Source: Zootoca vivipara
Taxonomy: Eukaryota
NCBI RefSeq assembly: GCF_963506605.1
Contig: NC_083287.1
Location: 58,590,001 to 58,654,000, forward strand
Length of the DNA: 64,000 nucleotides
Direction: 5' to 3'
A program made the translations under genes and the position numbers. Positions 12,401 through 23,530 of the stretch are shown here, in pieces; position 1 is the stretch's first letter, and each line of letters opens with the position of its first letter. The notes below the pieces were generated by a model. That model made no database searches. It saw only the letters and a program-made list of their open reading frames with translations, and was not told the origin of the DNA.

Positions 12401-13022
12401 GCAACAAAGATTCAAAACAGAGACCGGGAAGAAGGATTGGAAAAGGAATGGATGAGGGAAGAGCTTTAGGGGTATCTAATACCATCCACTTAATGCTTTC
12501 CAAAAATGGATGTTCAGTTCTTTGAAGGCCCATTGAGATTGGCCCTCTGACTGAAGCCCTTTCCTGTTCAGACCCCTTTGGGAGCATCCAGAGGAAAGTC
12601 TCTCTCACCTGCTGCTCTGCCTGCTGTCTCTCCATTTCCTGACTCAGGAGGAATCCTTCGGCCAGGGCCACCGCCTGGGAACTGGTCTCCGCTCCACATT
12701 CCCTCACCCAGATCTCCATCTCCGGTGGAAGGACAGTCAGGAACTGCTCCAAGACCACCAGGTCCAGCATCTCAGCTTTCGTGTGCCTTTCTGGCTTCAG
12801 CCACTGACAGTAAAGGTGGTGGAGTCGGCTGCAAACTTCTCGGGGTCCTTTGGCCTCCTGGTAGCAGAACTGCCTGAATTGCTGGCTCTGTGAATCTGAG
12901 CAGAGAATGTCCTCCTCACCCAAGATCTTCTGCACAGAGTTTTCCCAGAATCCTCCACTGCTCCCAGTTTTGACGGCATGGCCTCTTCCTGCTTCAGGGC
13001 CAGCTGAGTCTTGCTCATCCAT
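9380..13022 (-). CDS. ZNF-A: SCAN-KRAB-C2H2 zinc finger protein (12 fingers)
   Basis: Exons: SCAN 13022-12609 (414 nt), linker 12392-12311 (82), linker 12046-11967 (80; donor GG instead of GT), KRAB-A 11298-11172 (127), ZNF 10545-9380. Phases are consistent; last residues RNGTLFFC* come from antisense CR1. Confidence 0.88.
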
Positions 13023-13267
13023 CTGGGCTCTCAGGAAGCCTCCAAGAGATCAGAAGGAATCCCTTGGTCTGCTACCAACAGGAGCTAGCAACTTCTACAA
13101 ATCAAATAGATTGTTCCATTATAAAATAGATACACGGTCAGGAGAATAAAAATGTTCCCTGAATTAAGCATGCCTGAGTCTTGCTACGAACCAGGACTGG
13201 ACTGCACCACAGCAGACTCTGGACTTTCTTTACCGAAAAAGGAAGGAGGAGAAGTAAACCTCTAGTC

Positions 13268-13704
13268 CAGCCATCCCCAAACCCGGCCCTCCAGGTGTTT
13301 TGGGACTACAAATCTCATCATTCCTAGCTAACAGGACCAGTGGTTAGGCAGCGGCGTAGCTAGCCACCTGGCTGCCTGGGGCGGAAAACCCGAAAGTACC
13401 CCGCCGGGGGCCGGGGTGTTCGTCGCACGCATGCATGCACAGGAGGCATGCAATGCTGTGATGCAGCATACCCTGCGAGCAAGCCGCAGAGTGAGGCAGT
13501 CTCGATTGCATCGGGGCTTCTACTCCATGGCAGTGGCTGTGTTGCGTGGCGGTGGCCACGGCCGTTGAACGTTGTCAGCCCTGTCCAGCCTGCTGCCCCC
13601 ACCCAGCCTGCGCCCTCCGCCCCCCTGTTACTACGCCACTGTGGTCAGGGATGATATGAATTGTAGTCCCAAAACATCTGGAGGGCTGAGTTTGGGGATG
13701 CCTG
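13268..13704. mobile_element. hAT (Charlie-type) MITE containing a nested hAT MITE
   Basis: Outer CAGCCATCCCCAAA...TTTGGGGATGCCTG, TSD CTCTAGTC/CTCTAGAC; inner 13349-13641 CAGCGGCGTAG...CTACGCCACTG, TSD TGGTTAGG/TGGTCAGG. Confidence 0.85.
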
Positions 13705-13843
13705 CTCTAGACCTGCCAGGAAGAATGTGATCATGCAAGATGTGCAGGGAGTTGAAGGGATTTCTGTGAGATGAATCAGCCTGGTTGCTTTTGCCTTTCA
13801 GTGTTTTCAGTGAACGTATGAAGTTAGAACTGTGACTGAAGAG

Positions 13844-14287
13844 TCATAGAATCATAGAATCATAGAGTTGGAAGAGACCACAAGGGCCATCCAGTCCAAC
13901 CCCCTGCCAAGCAGGAAACACCATCAAAGCATTCCTGACAGATGGCTGTCAAGCCTCTGCTTAAAGACCTCCAAAGAAGGAGACTCCACCACACTCCTTG
14001 GCAGCAAATTCCACTGCCGAACAGCTCTTACTGTCAGGAAGTTCTTCCTAATGTTTAGGTGGAATTTTCTTTCTTGTAGTTTGAATCCGTTGCTCCGTGT
14101 CCGCTTCTCTGGAGCAGCAGAAAACAACCTTTCTCCCTCCTCTATATGACATCCTTTTATATATTTGAACATGGTTATCATATCACCCCTTAACCTTCTC
14201 TTCTCCAGGCTAAACATACCCAGCTCCCTAAGCCGTTCCTCATAAGGCATCGTTTCCAGGCCTTTGACCATTTTGGTTGCCCTCTTC
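13844..14287 (-). mobile_element. Young CR1 LINE 3' end
   Basis: ORF2 C-terminus ([21 protein letters not shown]...FKQRLD) and (ATTCTATG)n tail; near-identical to the 57957 copy. Confidence 0.93.
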
Positions 14288-15543
14288 ACTTGTACCGAGT
14301 GTAATTTGGACAATGGGGTGGACTGGGGGTGCTAACCCTGGGGTCCTCAAGAGCTGCTCTCCCTCCCACTCCCACTCCAGTGCACATTTCTTTCCTGCTT
14401 CGGTCACGTTTCCTAGCACTTGAAATCTGCAACGCTCTCAAGGCATACTACTTTGGTGGGGTCCTTTGGTCTTTGATCTGGGGCCCAGATACATATGTGT
14501 TCAAAACTGGGCCTAAACCCCGGTTGAAACAGATCTAGGAAATAAATTTCACTGCCACTAGGAAGTGTGTCCAGGATGAGCCCTCACCAATCAGGTTTTT
14601 CCTCCGCTCCCATTTGAGCCATCTCCTCGCCCTAAGCACTGGAGTGTACCAGGTTTAACTCTGCACTGCATAAAGCAGCACTTTCTTTTCTTTGCCCTCC
14701 GTCTTCCAATGTTCCTCATTTATTATTATTATTATTATTATTTATTTCACTTCTATACCGCCTTATATTTTTAAGAAAAATCTCAAAGCCGTTTACAGCA
14801 CATTAAACATCAGTAAAACAATCCAGAATCAAACACTCCTGAAGAAAGTCAGATATAAAGTATACAGTCCAAGCAACATAATTAACAGGAAACTAAAATC
14901 TTATCTTAAAATATTTCAAAATAAAACATTACAAAGGAGGTCACCTACAGTATACATATTTAGCACAAAGTGAACAAAAAAAACACCCCTTAAACATTTC
15001 AAAAGAAAACATCGCTAAGGGAAGTCAGATATAGAATACATATAAATTATTTGCATCACCTAATCACTCTATAATTCCACTGTAATCAGTTTTGTCTGAC
15101 ATATTTGCAAATCCACTTATAACTGGGTATTAAAGGTGGACCTGTATTGCAAGCAGTTCACTCCTTCCTTCATTGCATAGCTCAGTTTTCGCAGGGTTTT
15201 TGTTTTGTTTTGTTTTTGCCGTCTGTTTTGTCTGAATGTCCAAGTCGGCTACGACTTCTGTTAATAAAGGCGACTTTTCCATCCATCTTAATGGGGCTGA
15301 TTTGCATGCTCTCAGACTTTTCCTGACCCGAAGACCCTCCCCCAAAGTGGCAGGCAGCGTCCTGAGCCCTAGAGAGCAGAGTTGCCGCAGAGTCAGACCC
15401 ACAGCAGAACTCTCTATCTGGCTCTGCAGAGAGGAAGGGGGCAGGCGACGCCCACCCACACCCCCTCCCCCTCCCCGGCAGCCCTGGAGCCCCTTCTCTT
15501 CCCCCCCCAGCGCCCCCTAAGTGGGGAGAGAGGGGAGACTCAC

Positions 15544-15770
15544 CAGTTCCCAGGAGGCGCCCCCGAAGCAGCGCAGACGCAGGAAAAAGACCAACCCTGC
15601 ACGCCCCGCCCCTTGCAGGAAGAGAGGGGCTCTTGCTCTGGAGGACCCGCCCCCTCCTTCATTTCCTGCCCTCTCTAGGAATCCAGCTCAGCTCCTTTTA
15701 ACCCTTGCAAAGCCGAGGGCAACAAAGCCACCCCTCTCCCCCTCTCTGCGCCCTGTGCTGGATTCTCTCT
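15544..15770 (-). promoter_or_regulatory. Probable non-coding first exon/promoter module of ZNF-A
   Basis: CpG-rich; donor CTG|GTGAGTC at 15543; conserved CTCTCTAGGAATCCAGC core shared with six other modules. Confidence 0.65.
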
Positions 15771-15776
15771 GGACAG

Positions 15777-15866
15777 CATAGCTGCCAATTTATCCCTTAT
15801 TTTAAGGGATTTTCCCTTATGCTGAATAGGCTTCCTCGCGAGAAAAGGGAAAACTTGGCAGCTATG
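15777..15866. mobile_element. 90-bp hAT MITE (same family as 2458)
   Basis: Same TIRs; TSD CTGGACAG/CTGGAAAG; paralogous empty site at ~26921 has a single CTGGAAAG. Confidence 0.9.
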
Positions 15867-16825
15867 CTGGAAAGGGACCCGAGGGTCATCTAGTCCAACC
15901 CCCCTGCAATGCAGGAATTGCACTCGCAACCGTTCCTGGGTCAGCTCGAAGCGCCAACTTTCTGGTTAATTGCCAGACACACTGATTCATTGTTTGTTTT
16001 TGGTTTTTTTGTGTGTGTGTGGTTTTTTAAGGACCCTCCTGGCTGGGTTCTGAGCTGCTTCCTCCCTTGGCCAGAAACAGGAGGAGGTGGAAAGGGATCT
16101 GCAAAGCAGAAAACCCCTCTGTAGAATCCTAGAATCGTAGAGTGGGGGAATCTTGTGAGTTGGGGGAAGGAGCCTCCGCAACACACTGATTCATTGTTTT
16201 GTGTGTATGTGTGTGGTTTGTTTTTGTTTTTTATTAATAAAGTCTTTATTGATTAAAATGATTAAAATGAAGAGTTGCAAAAAAGCAATCAAGGAAAAAA
16301 GCAAAGAATAAGAAAGAAATAAAGTAAACATACATACATGGATACAATCACAAAACATACAAATTCAAACACCCATTCTTATATAAACACATTCCTCTTT
16401 CTACTATTTACATTGTTTCTACTTTCTTTTGACCTCCAGTTATACTTGCTGCATTATATATTAACTAGGTCCTTCCGCACAGTTATTTGTCTTGGTTACC
16501 TTTTTCCTTATTTTATTCATAGTCTCTATCGTATTTGTCGTTTCACATGATAATCAATCAAAAACAAAGTCACACAACTTATAAAAGCCAAACTTCCATT
16601 TTTCCCTTCTGGTCTGCTGCAATGTGAGAGGCAAAGGGAACAAATTTTGGCCCACCATTGCCAACTCCTTTGGGCGGCTGCTGGACACATCAGGAGCTCT
16701 GGGCAAATTCTTAGGACAGGAGGGATTTTCTTAACTCTCCTTGATAAATTGCCAGCTGACCAAATGCCATAATCTTCTTAGATTTCCTGGAGAGCTGACT
16801 CACTAGTCAAAAGGAGAAGAGCTGG

Positions 16826-17925
16826 ATCAAAAAGAAGAGGCCAGGGTCATCCCTGGGGGGGGCAGGACTGAGGTGCCACTGCCCCCTTGTTCCTAAGGGA
16901 TTTGCTTAGGGCTGCCAGATGTGTTTGTCTTTTGTCCCTGGAGAACAGCAGGTGGTTCTAGGTAATGACAAAGCATTCACCTACGGTTATGTCTTCGACC
17001 TATCTACTGAGCAAGAGGAGGTGTTCAACGCCTGCATATCTCCCCTTATAATGGGCATCTTCAAAGGGTATAATGCCATGGTTGAGGGGCCTACACAGCT
17101 GGCAAAGAGAATGACCCCATTGTCGGAATCATCCCTCGGGCAATAAAGCTTCTCTTCCAAGAAATAAAAGAGAGGATGGAGTGGCAAATGGTGGTTGCCA
17201 CGGCAATGAACATCATCTCACGCCACCTTCACCGTGACCATTGAGCAGAAAAGCCAGTGACACAAACACCAGTTTTCATTCCAAGCTGGACCTCGTAGAC
17301 CTTGCTGGTTCAGAAAGGCAAAAGAAGACCAAAGCAGGTGGTGATCCACTGCGGGAAGGGATCAACATCAACAAAGGACTCCTCTGCCTGGGGAATGTCA
17401 CCAGCGTTCTTGGGGAGCAAACCAAGAAGGGAAATTTTGTCCCTTATAGGGACTCAAAGTTAACATGCCTTTTGCAAGATTCCTTGGGAGGCAATAGCCA
17501 CACCTTGATGGTTGCCTGTGTGAGCCCAGCAGATTCCAACCTTGAAGAGACTTTGAAAACCTTTTGCTATGCTGATAGGGCAAGAAAAATGAAGAACAAG
17601 CCGGTAGTGAATATTGACCCTCAGGCAGCAGAGATCGGCCGGCTAAAGCTGCAGGTCTCATTGCTGCAAGCTCACGGAGGGACCCTTCAGTGTCTATGGG
17701 TGGTGAGCCCTCAGAAAAGGTGCAATCTCTGATGGGGGGAAATCACTCCCTCATGGATTAAAATAAGAAACTACGTAAGCTGCAGCCTTAGTGAAGCAGC
17801 AGACCAGATGGTCCAGATGCTGGAAAGAAGCATTGTGACAGAGGAGCAAACCGGAAAGATCAGCAGAAAGCTGGAGAAGCTCCAGGAACGCACTGCGTTG
17901 AAACTCGACCTGCAGAAGCTGCTTA
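16826..17925 (+). pseudogene. KIF4: Processed KIF4 (chromokinesin) pseudogene, motor-domain region
   Basis: [72 protein letters not shown]; no introns, P-loop region deleted, frameshifts. Confidence 0.88.
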
Positions 17926-18159
17926 AACCAAAATTCAAAACACCACAGATTAAAAACTCTTGAAAACATTTAAAAGCATTTTCAGCATTTGCCCCAACCC
18001 TAGAGTTTGTTCCAGTAAGTCTGGGCTCTTCAAGACGCCTAGCCGGGCAATGTCCCTCCAGCTTTCCCGGAGTCTAAAGCAGAGCAGGGCGAGTCTGATT
18101 CCCGCCCCCTGGGCCAGGTGGGAAAAAGCCCTTGCAGGGAACGGCCTCCAAGACTCACA

Positions 18160-18810
18160 GCTTGGTTGCCCTCCTCTGCACATGTTCCAGTTTGTCAACA
18201 TCCTTCTTAAATTGTGGTGCCCAGAATAGGACACAGTATTGCAAGTGTGGTGGCACTGTGGGTTAAACCACAGAGCCTAGGGCTTGCCGATCAGAAGGTC
18301 AGCGATTCGAATCCCCGCGACGGGGTGAGATCCCGTTGCAGGTCGAAAGCACGAAGTGCAAGTAGATAAATAGGTACCGCGACAGCGGGAAGTTAAGTGG
18401 CGTTTCCGTGCGCTGCTCTGGTTTGCCAGAAGCGGCTTAGTTATGTTGGCCACATGGCCCGCCGGCTCCCTCGGCCAGTAAAGCGAGATAAGTGCCGCAA
18501 CCCCAGATTCGTCCGCGACTGGACCTAACGGTCAGGGGTCCCTTTACCTATTGCAAGTGTGGTCTGACCAAGGCAGAATAGAGTGGTACTATGACTTTCC
18601 TTGGACACCAGACTTCTGTCGATGCAGCCTAGAATTGCATTAGCTTCTTTTGCTGCTGCATCACATTGTTGACTCATGTTCAGCTTGCCGTCCACCAAGA
18701 CCCCTAGATCCTTTTCACACATGCTGCTAGTAAGCCAGGTGCCCCCATCCTATATTTGTGCAGCTGCTTCTTCCTGCCTAAGTGCAGAACCTGACATTTG
18801 TCCTATACAT
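18160..18810 (-). mobile_element. CR1 fragment interrupted by a Sauria SINE (~18252-18548, plus strand)
   Basis: [19 protein letters not shown] motif; SINE flanked by TSD TATTGCAAGTGTGGT. Confidence 0.85.
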
Positions 18811-19068
18811 TCCATGTGCTTCCCATGCTCCAGGTCATGTATTTCTTCAAAGGTGTACCTATACATCCTTTGCAGAGAACGCACCTCCTCCTCCTCCTCC
18901 TCCTCCTGCCTTCCTGTTTGGTCTATTCCCTTTGAACTGGTTATACCTGTCGACTTGGAGCAAAGGTCCAAAGAAAGAGTTGTCACCCCTTCCCAGTCGA
19001 ATGCTGGGGAACAATGGGGTGGAAAGGGAGAAAGAAAATCCCTACATTCCAGCCATGGGTCTCTCAAC

Positions 19069-19560
19069 TGTTAACAGAGAAATCTGAGTGCTCCCTTGGA
19101 CAAAAAACAAGGACACCAGCCAGGAATACCAGAGCAAAACAGCAGCCAGTAGGCTTGGTCTTTATTGAAGACTGTCGCGACAGGACTCCCACCTGCCACC
19201 AGGTGAAACAAGATGGAGTACAATAGAAAACCCAAATTTTTATTAGCTGCTAATCCCCCCCCAAAACTACATCACTAATACATCATGGTTACATCATGAA
19301 AGGGGAGGTCTGGTGGCAGGTCTGCACCCTGCCCTATGCCTCCCCTTGCTCACCACCCCACACCCACCAAGTGAAACAAAAGAGATATTTACATTTCCCT
19401 GTTTCCCAGCCAAGTTAATCACACCCTTTTGTCTTCATCTGGGTTTGCTATTTCTGTCTGGCACTCAGGTATCAGGATGCCAGGGATTGTCACTCAGGCA
19501 GAGGGGCTGCTGAGTAGCTGAGATCACGTGTCTATATGAATTTCTGAAGTTTTCCCAGTG
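19069..19560 (-). mobile_element. Partial LTR related to 5868-6573
   Basis: Reverse complement shares CCCTGGCATCCTGATACCTG..GGTGTGATTAACTTGGCTGGGAAACAGGGAAATGTAAATATCTCT. Confidence 0.7.
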
Positions 19561-19589
19561 AGCCAGTACATAGATACCAGGCACACTTA

Positions 19590-19775
19590 TCAGTTGTTTG
19601 AACCAACTGATTGGTTCAAAATTGGGAAAGGAGTACGACAAGGTTGTATATTGTCTCCCTGCTTATTTAACTTATATGCAGAATTCATCATGCGAAAGGC
19701 TGGACTAGATGAATCCCAAACCGGAATTAAGATTGCCGGAATAAATATCAACAACCTCAGATATACAGATGACAC
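19590..19775 (+). mobile_element. BovB RT fragment
   Basis: DWFKIGKGVRQGCILSPCLFNLYAE..NINNLRY. Confidence 0.85.
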
Positions 19776-19779
19776 AAAC

Positions 19780-20620
19780 AGATAGAGGCGGGGAATTTTT
19801 TGAACAAACAGTTTGGGGCATGGTTGCGACGTAAGGGGATCACTCTAGATCTTTATGGAATGTAGATACCCTCTCATTTGGAGCGTGGGACATGCATGGG
19901 TGGGGGGGGGAGTCTGAAGGTGGGGGGGAGGTGTTCCAGTTAACAGACTGAGCCACAGCAATGCCTGGCCGGAGACAACTAGTCCTTGAATATTTGTTTG
20001 GGATCTAATTTGGGGTTAATATACAAAACCACTCCCCTTTTCTTGGTTTTGTCCAAGAACATGAAATCTTGGCCCAATTTTCTATTTGATACTATTCTAT
20101 GTGTTTCCTGTAAATATATAATCTCCAACTTTGTTTAAGCAAGCTGCGTGCTATTTGGTTTCTTTTGGTTTTATTCCTAAATCCATTTATGTTCCACAAG
20201 AGCACCTTCAGATCCATCTCAATGTCTTCTTCTTTTGTCCCTTTACCCCTCTCCCGCCTCCTTTTCTTCTACTTCTGCTCGTTGTGTTTCCTCTAATTCT
20301 CCAAAGCCTTTTTTATATTTTCTCATAAAATAACTTGCCTTCATTGGTTCCACACTTCTTAGTTTTGTTCTTTGATAAACAAACGAGATCCCTTCTGGAT
20401 ATTCCTAATCAAATGGGGCGGTTTTCTTTTTTTTAATGTTTCCATCAATAATCTATACTTAGGCTCTTTTTTCAATAGTCTTATGGGGATTTCCATTAGA
20501 ATAATAATTCTTTGTTCCTCTGTTTGTAGTGATTTCCCATGGAAGATGGAGCAAGCTTGTTTCCTTCTGCTCCAGTGGATTCAAGTAACAAGAAAGGAGA
20601 ATCCTCCTAAGGATCAGGAA
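19780..20620 (-). mobile_element. Degraded L1/Tx1-like ORF1 and inter-ORF fragment
   Basis: A-rich minus strand with Lys/Arg-rich decayed ORF1-like C-terminus; family not certain. Confidence 0.4.
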
Positions 20621-20683
20621 GAACTTTCTCTTCATTGGGGTTTTTTAAGAAGTTGGATTATTTGGTGGTCCAAATTCCAGACA

Positions 20684-22308
20684 CTAAGACTTTGTCTCTC
20701 TAGTATGAATTATTTGATGGGAGGTGAGATGGCTACTTTGACTGAAGCTCATCCCACATTCCAAGCACTGATAGGGTTTCTCCCCTGTATGAATTCTGTG
20801 ATGAGAAGTGAGACCCTGCCTGTGCCTGAAGCTCTTTCCACATTCCAAGCACTGATAGGGTTTCTCCCCTGTATGAACTTTTTGATGGGAAGTGAGATTG
20901 TGCCTGTGACTGAAGCTCTTTCCACACTCAAGGCATTGAAAAGGTTTCTCCCCTGTATGAAGTCTTTGATGGGAGGTGAGATTGAATCTTTGACTGAAGC
21001 TCTTCCCACATTCCAAGCACTGATAGGGTTTCTCCCCTGTATGAATTCTTTGATGGATAGTGAGCTCAGCCCCCTCCCAGAAGCTCTTTCCACACTCAAG
21101 GCATTGAAAAGGTTTCTCCCCTGTATGACGTCTTTGATGGGAGGTGAGATTGAATCTTTTACTGAAGCTCATCCCACATTCCAAGCACTGATATGGTTTC
21201 TCCCCTGTATGAATTCTTTGATGGGAAGTGAGACTATCCTTCCGATTGAAGCTCTTTCCGCATTCCAAGCACTGATATGGTTTCTCCCCTGTATGAACTT
21301 TTTGATGGGAAGTGAGACTATCCTTCCGATTGAAGCTCTTTCCGCATTCCAAGCACTGATAGGGTTTCTCCCCTGTATGAGTTCTTTGATGGAACATGAG
21401 GCCATCCTTCCGATGGAAGCTCTTTCCACAGTCCAAGCACTGATAGGGTTTCTGCCCTACATGAATTCTTTGATGGGAAGTCAGATAGTGCTTCTGACTG
21501 AAGCTCATCCCACATTCCAAGCACTGATAGGGTTTCTCCCCTGTATGAATTCTGTGATGGGAAGTCAGATGCTGGCTTTGACTGAAGCTCTTTCCACATT
21601 CCAAGCACTGATAAGGTTTCTCACCTGTATGAATTCTTTGATGGGAAGTGAGCTCAGGCCCCTCCCGGAAGCTCTTCCCACATTCAAAGCACTGGTATGG
21701 TTTCTGACCTGTATGAGTTTTTTGATGGGAAGTGAGATTGGTACTGTAACGAAAGCTCTTTCCACACTCAAGGCATTGAAAAGGTTTCTCCCCTGTATGA
21801 ACTTTTTGATGGGAAGTGAGACTTTCCTTCCAGGCGAAGTTCTTACCACATTCCAAGCACTGATAAGGTTTCTCACCTGTATGAATTCTTTGATGGGAAG
21901 TGAGACTATCCTTCCGATTGAAGCTCTTTCCACATTCCAAGCACTGATAGGGTTTCTCCCCTGTATGAATTATTTGATGCAAAGTGAGACTATCCTTCCG
22001 ATTGAAGCTCTTTCCACATTCCAAGCACTGATAGGGTTTCTCCCCTGTATGAATTCTTTGATGCAAAGTGAGACCATCCTTCCGACTGAAGGTCTTTCCA
22101 CATTCTCTGCACTGATACAATTTGTCCCTACGCTGTCCTCTTTCATGTGAAGTGAGGCTATCCCTCTGAACGAAGGATTTTCTTTGATGGGACGTGGACT
22201 GGGAGCTGTCATGGACGTTCTCTACACACTCTGAATATTTATATGGCTTCTCCACTATGCAGATTCTGTTCTGGTCCCCCTTGTTCTTCCCTTCCAATTC
22301 ATCACCAT
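20684..22308 (-). CDS. ZNF-B: orphan C2H2 zinc-finger exon, 17 intact fingers
   Basis: Acceptor TTTCAG|ATGGTGATGAA at 22308 (phase 1, like paralogs); uninterrupted TGEKPY-linked array; no adjacent SCAN/KRAB exon found. Confidence 0.85.
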
Positions 22309-22375
22309 CTGAAATGAAGACAGAAGCTAATTAGAGTGTAAGCCATGCTAACTCTGCCAAAAGAGCTCCTGACTA

Positions 22376-22590
22376 CCACGTTTCCCCTTTTTTAAGACAC
22401 TGTCTTATAACTTTTTTCCTCAAAAAAACACATGGTGGCTTATTTTCAGGGGGGGTCTTTTTTCTCTTTTTTTAAAGTGCCGGTACAACTGGGACCCACT
22501 AGCTCAGGACGCTCGGCGTTCTCTTCCGCGCGCCGCTGGGCGCTTTGTCGGCGCTGCCAGTTCCAAGCGGCTGCAGGGGGGGCAGTGCTT
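22376..22590. mobile_element. Truncated Tc2/pogo-like element end
   Basis: TA|CCACGTTTCCCCTTTTTTAAGACACTGTCTTATAAC matches the reverse complement of the 33999 end. Confidence 0.7.
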
Positions 22591-22604
22591 TAAACCCCCA
22601 ACCC

Positions 22605-23294
22605 TGTAGAAAGCAATGGAAATTATGGACCGTAACAATCCTTAAGAGGCGGAGATCTTAAAAAAACCCTGGTAGCACCCTTGAAGCACAGCCTCCCAAA
22701 GCCAGGGTGGAAGAGGTCTGCTTAGACAAAGGAAAGGATCGGGGGGTGATTCTGCGCCCCGGGACCCACAGAACTATCCCAACCTGGGGGGGGGATCAAA
22801 TAGTGAAGCCCCACAGCCCTGTAGCAACAGAAGGCGTGTTCCGAAGCACCCGAGCTGTTTGGTTCTGTAAGAGAGAGGGCGTGCAGAGAGGGGAGAGCAG
22901 CAAGTCTGGGAGGGAAAACCAGGAACAGGAAGTGGGAAAGGGGGGTCCAGGGCTCTGCAGAATCCTGGAGGCTCAACTCCAGGTTGGGAGCAGGGAAGCA
23001 GGGGCGGAGCTAGCTTCAGCAGGGGCTGGAAAGGAGGGGGTAGGTAGAAAGGCACCTCAGGAGCCTGGTTTGGGACCACGGAGGGACTGTAGAGCCAGGA
23101 GGAGGGGCGTTTAGATACCCCGTCTTAAATGCTGGGTCAGAGCCCGCCAGACGCCATTGCGGGCTTCTGCCCCATGCTGAGCAGACATGATTTGAGACAT
23201 CTCAGCACTGTATATAGAATGCACAATAAAACACTGAAAATCCGGACAATGTGTGGAGTGCTTACTCGGGAGTAACCAACACCCATCTGTGACA
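22605..23294 (+). mobile_element. Gypsy (sushi-like) solo LTR; left boundary uncertain
   Basis: Ends CTGTGACA; AATAAA at ~23226; CGCCAGACGCCATTGCGG resembles CGCCAAACGCCATTCGG in the full-length element's LTR; TSD not resolved. Confidence 0.55.
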
Positions 23295-23530
23295 GGTTCC
23301 ATAAAAAACCCAGGAATGGCAAAATTAACAACAATAATTGGGGGGGGGGCACTCTATCCAAAGAGTTAAGAAGGAATGGGAAAGTGTAGAGTTATATATG
23401 GAAAAATATGGAAAGGAAAGTTAGTTAAAGATTAAAAAAAAAATCAGAAGGGAAAAAATGACATCATAAAGGGTAATAATATTAAATACAAAATAGACAA
23501 CACAACAGAAAAGGCAAGTATATGACTAAA

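Larger units (their letters stand above)
14548..16625 (+). repeat. Duplicated block A (copy A' at 25669-27483), includes a ZNF first-exon module
   Basis: Near-identical sequence and ORF translations (16338 and 27196 ORFs identical). Confidence 0.93.

Noticed and set aside
20372-22150. 592-aa plus-strand ORF (also 9659-10636)
   Set aside because: Antisense shadow of C2H2 arrays; 84-bp periodicity and codon usage commonly leave this frame open.
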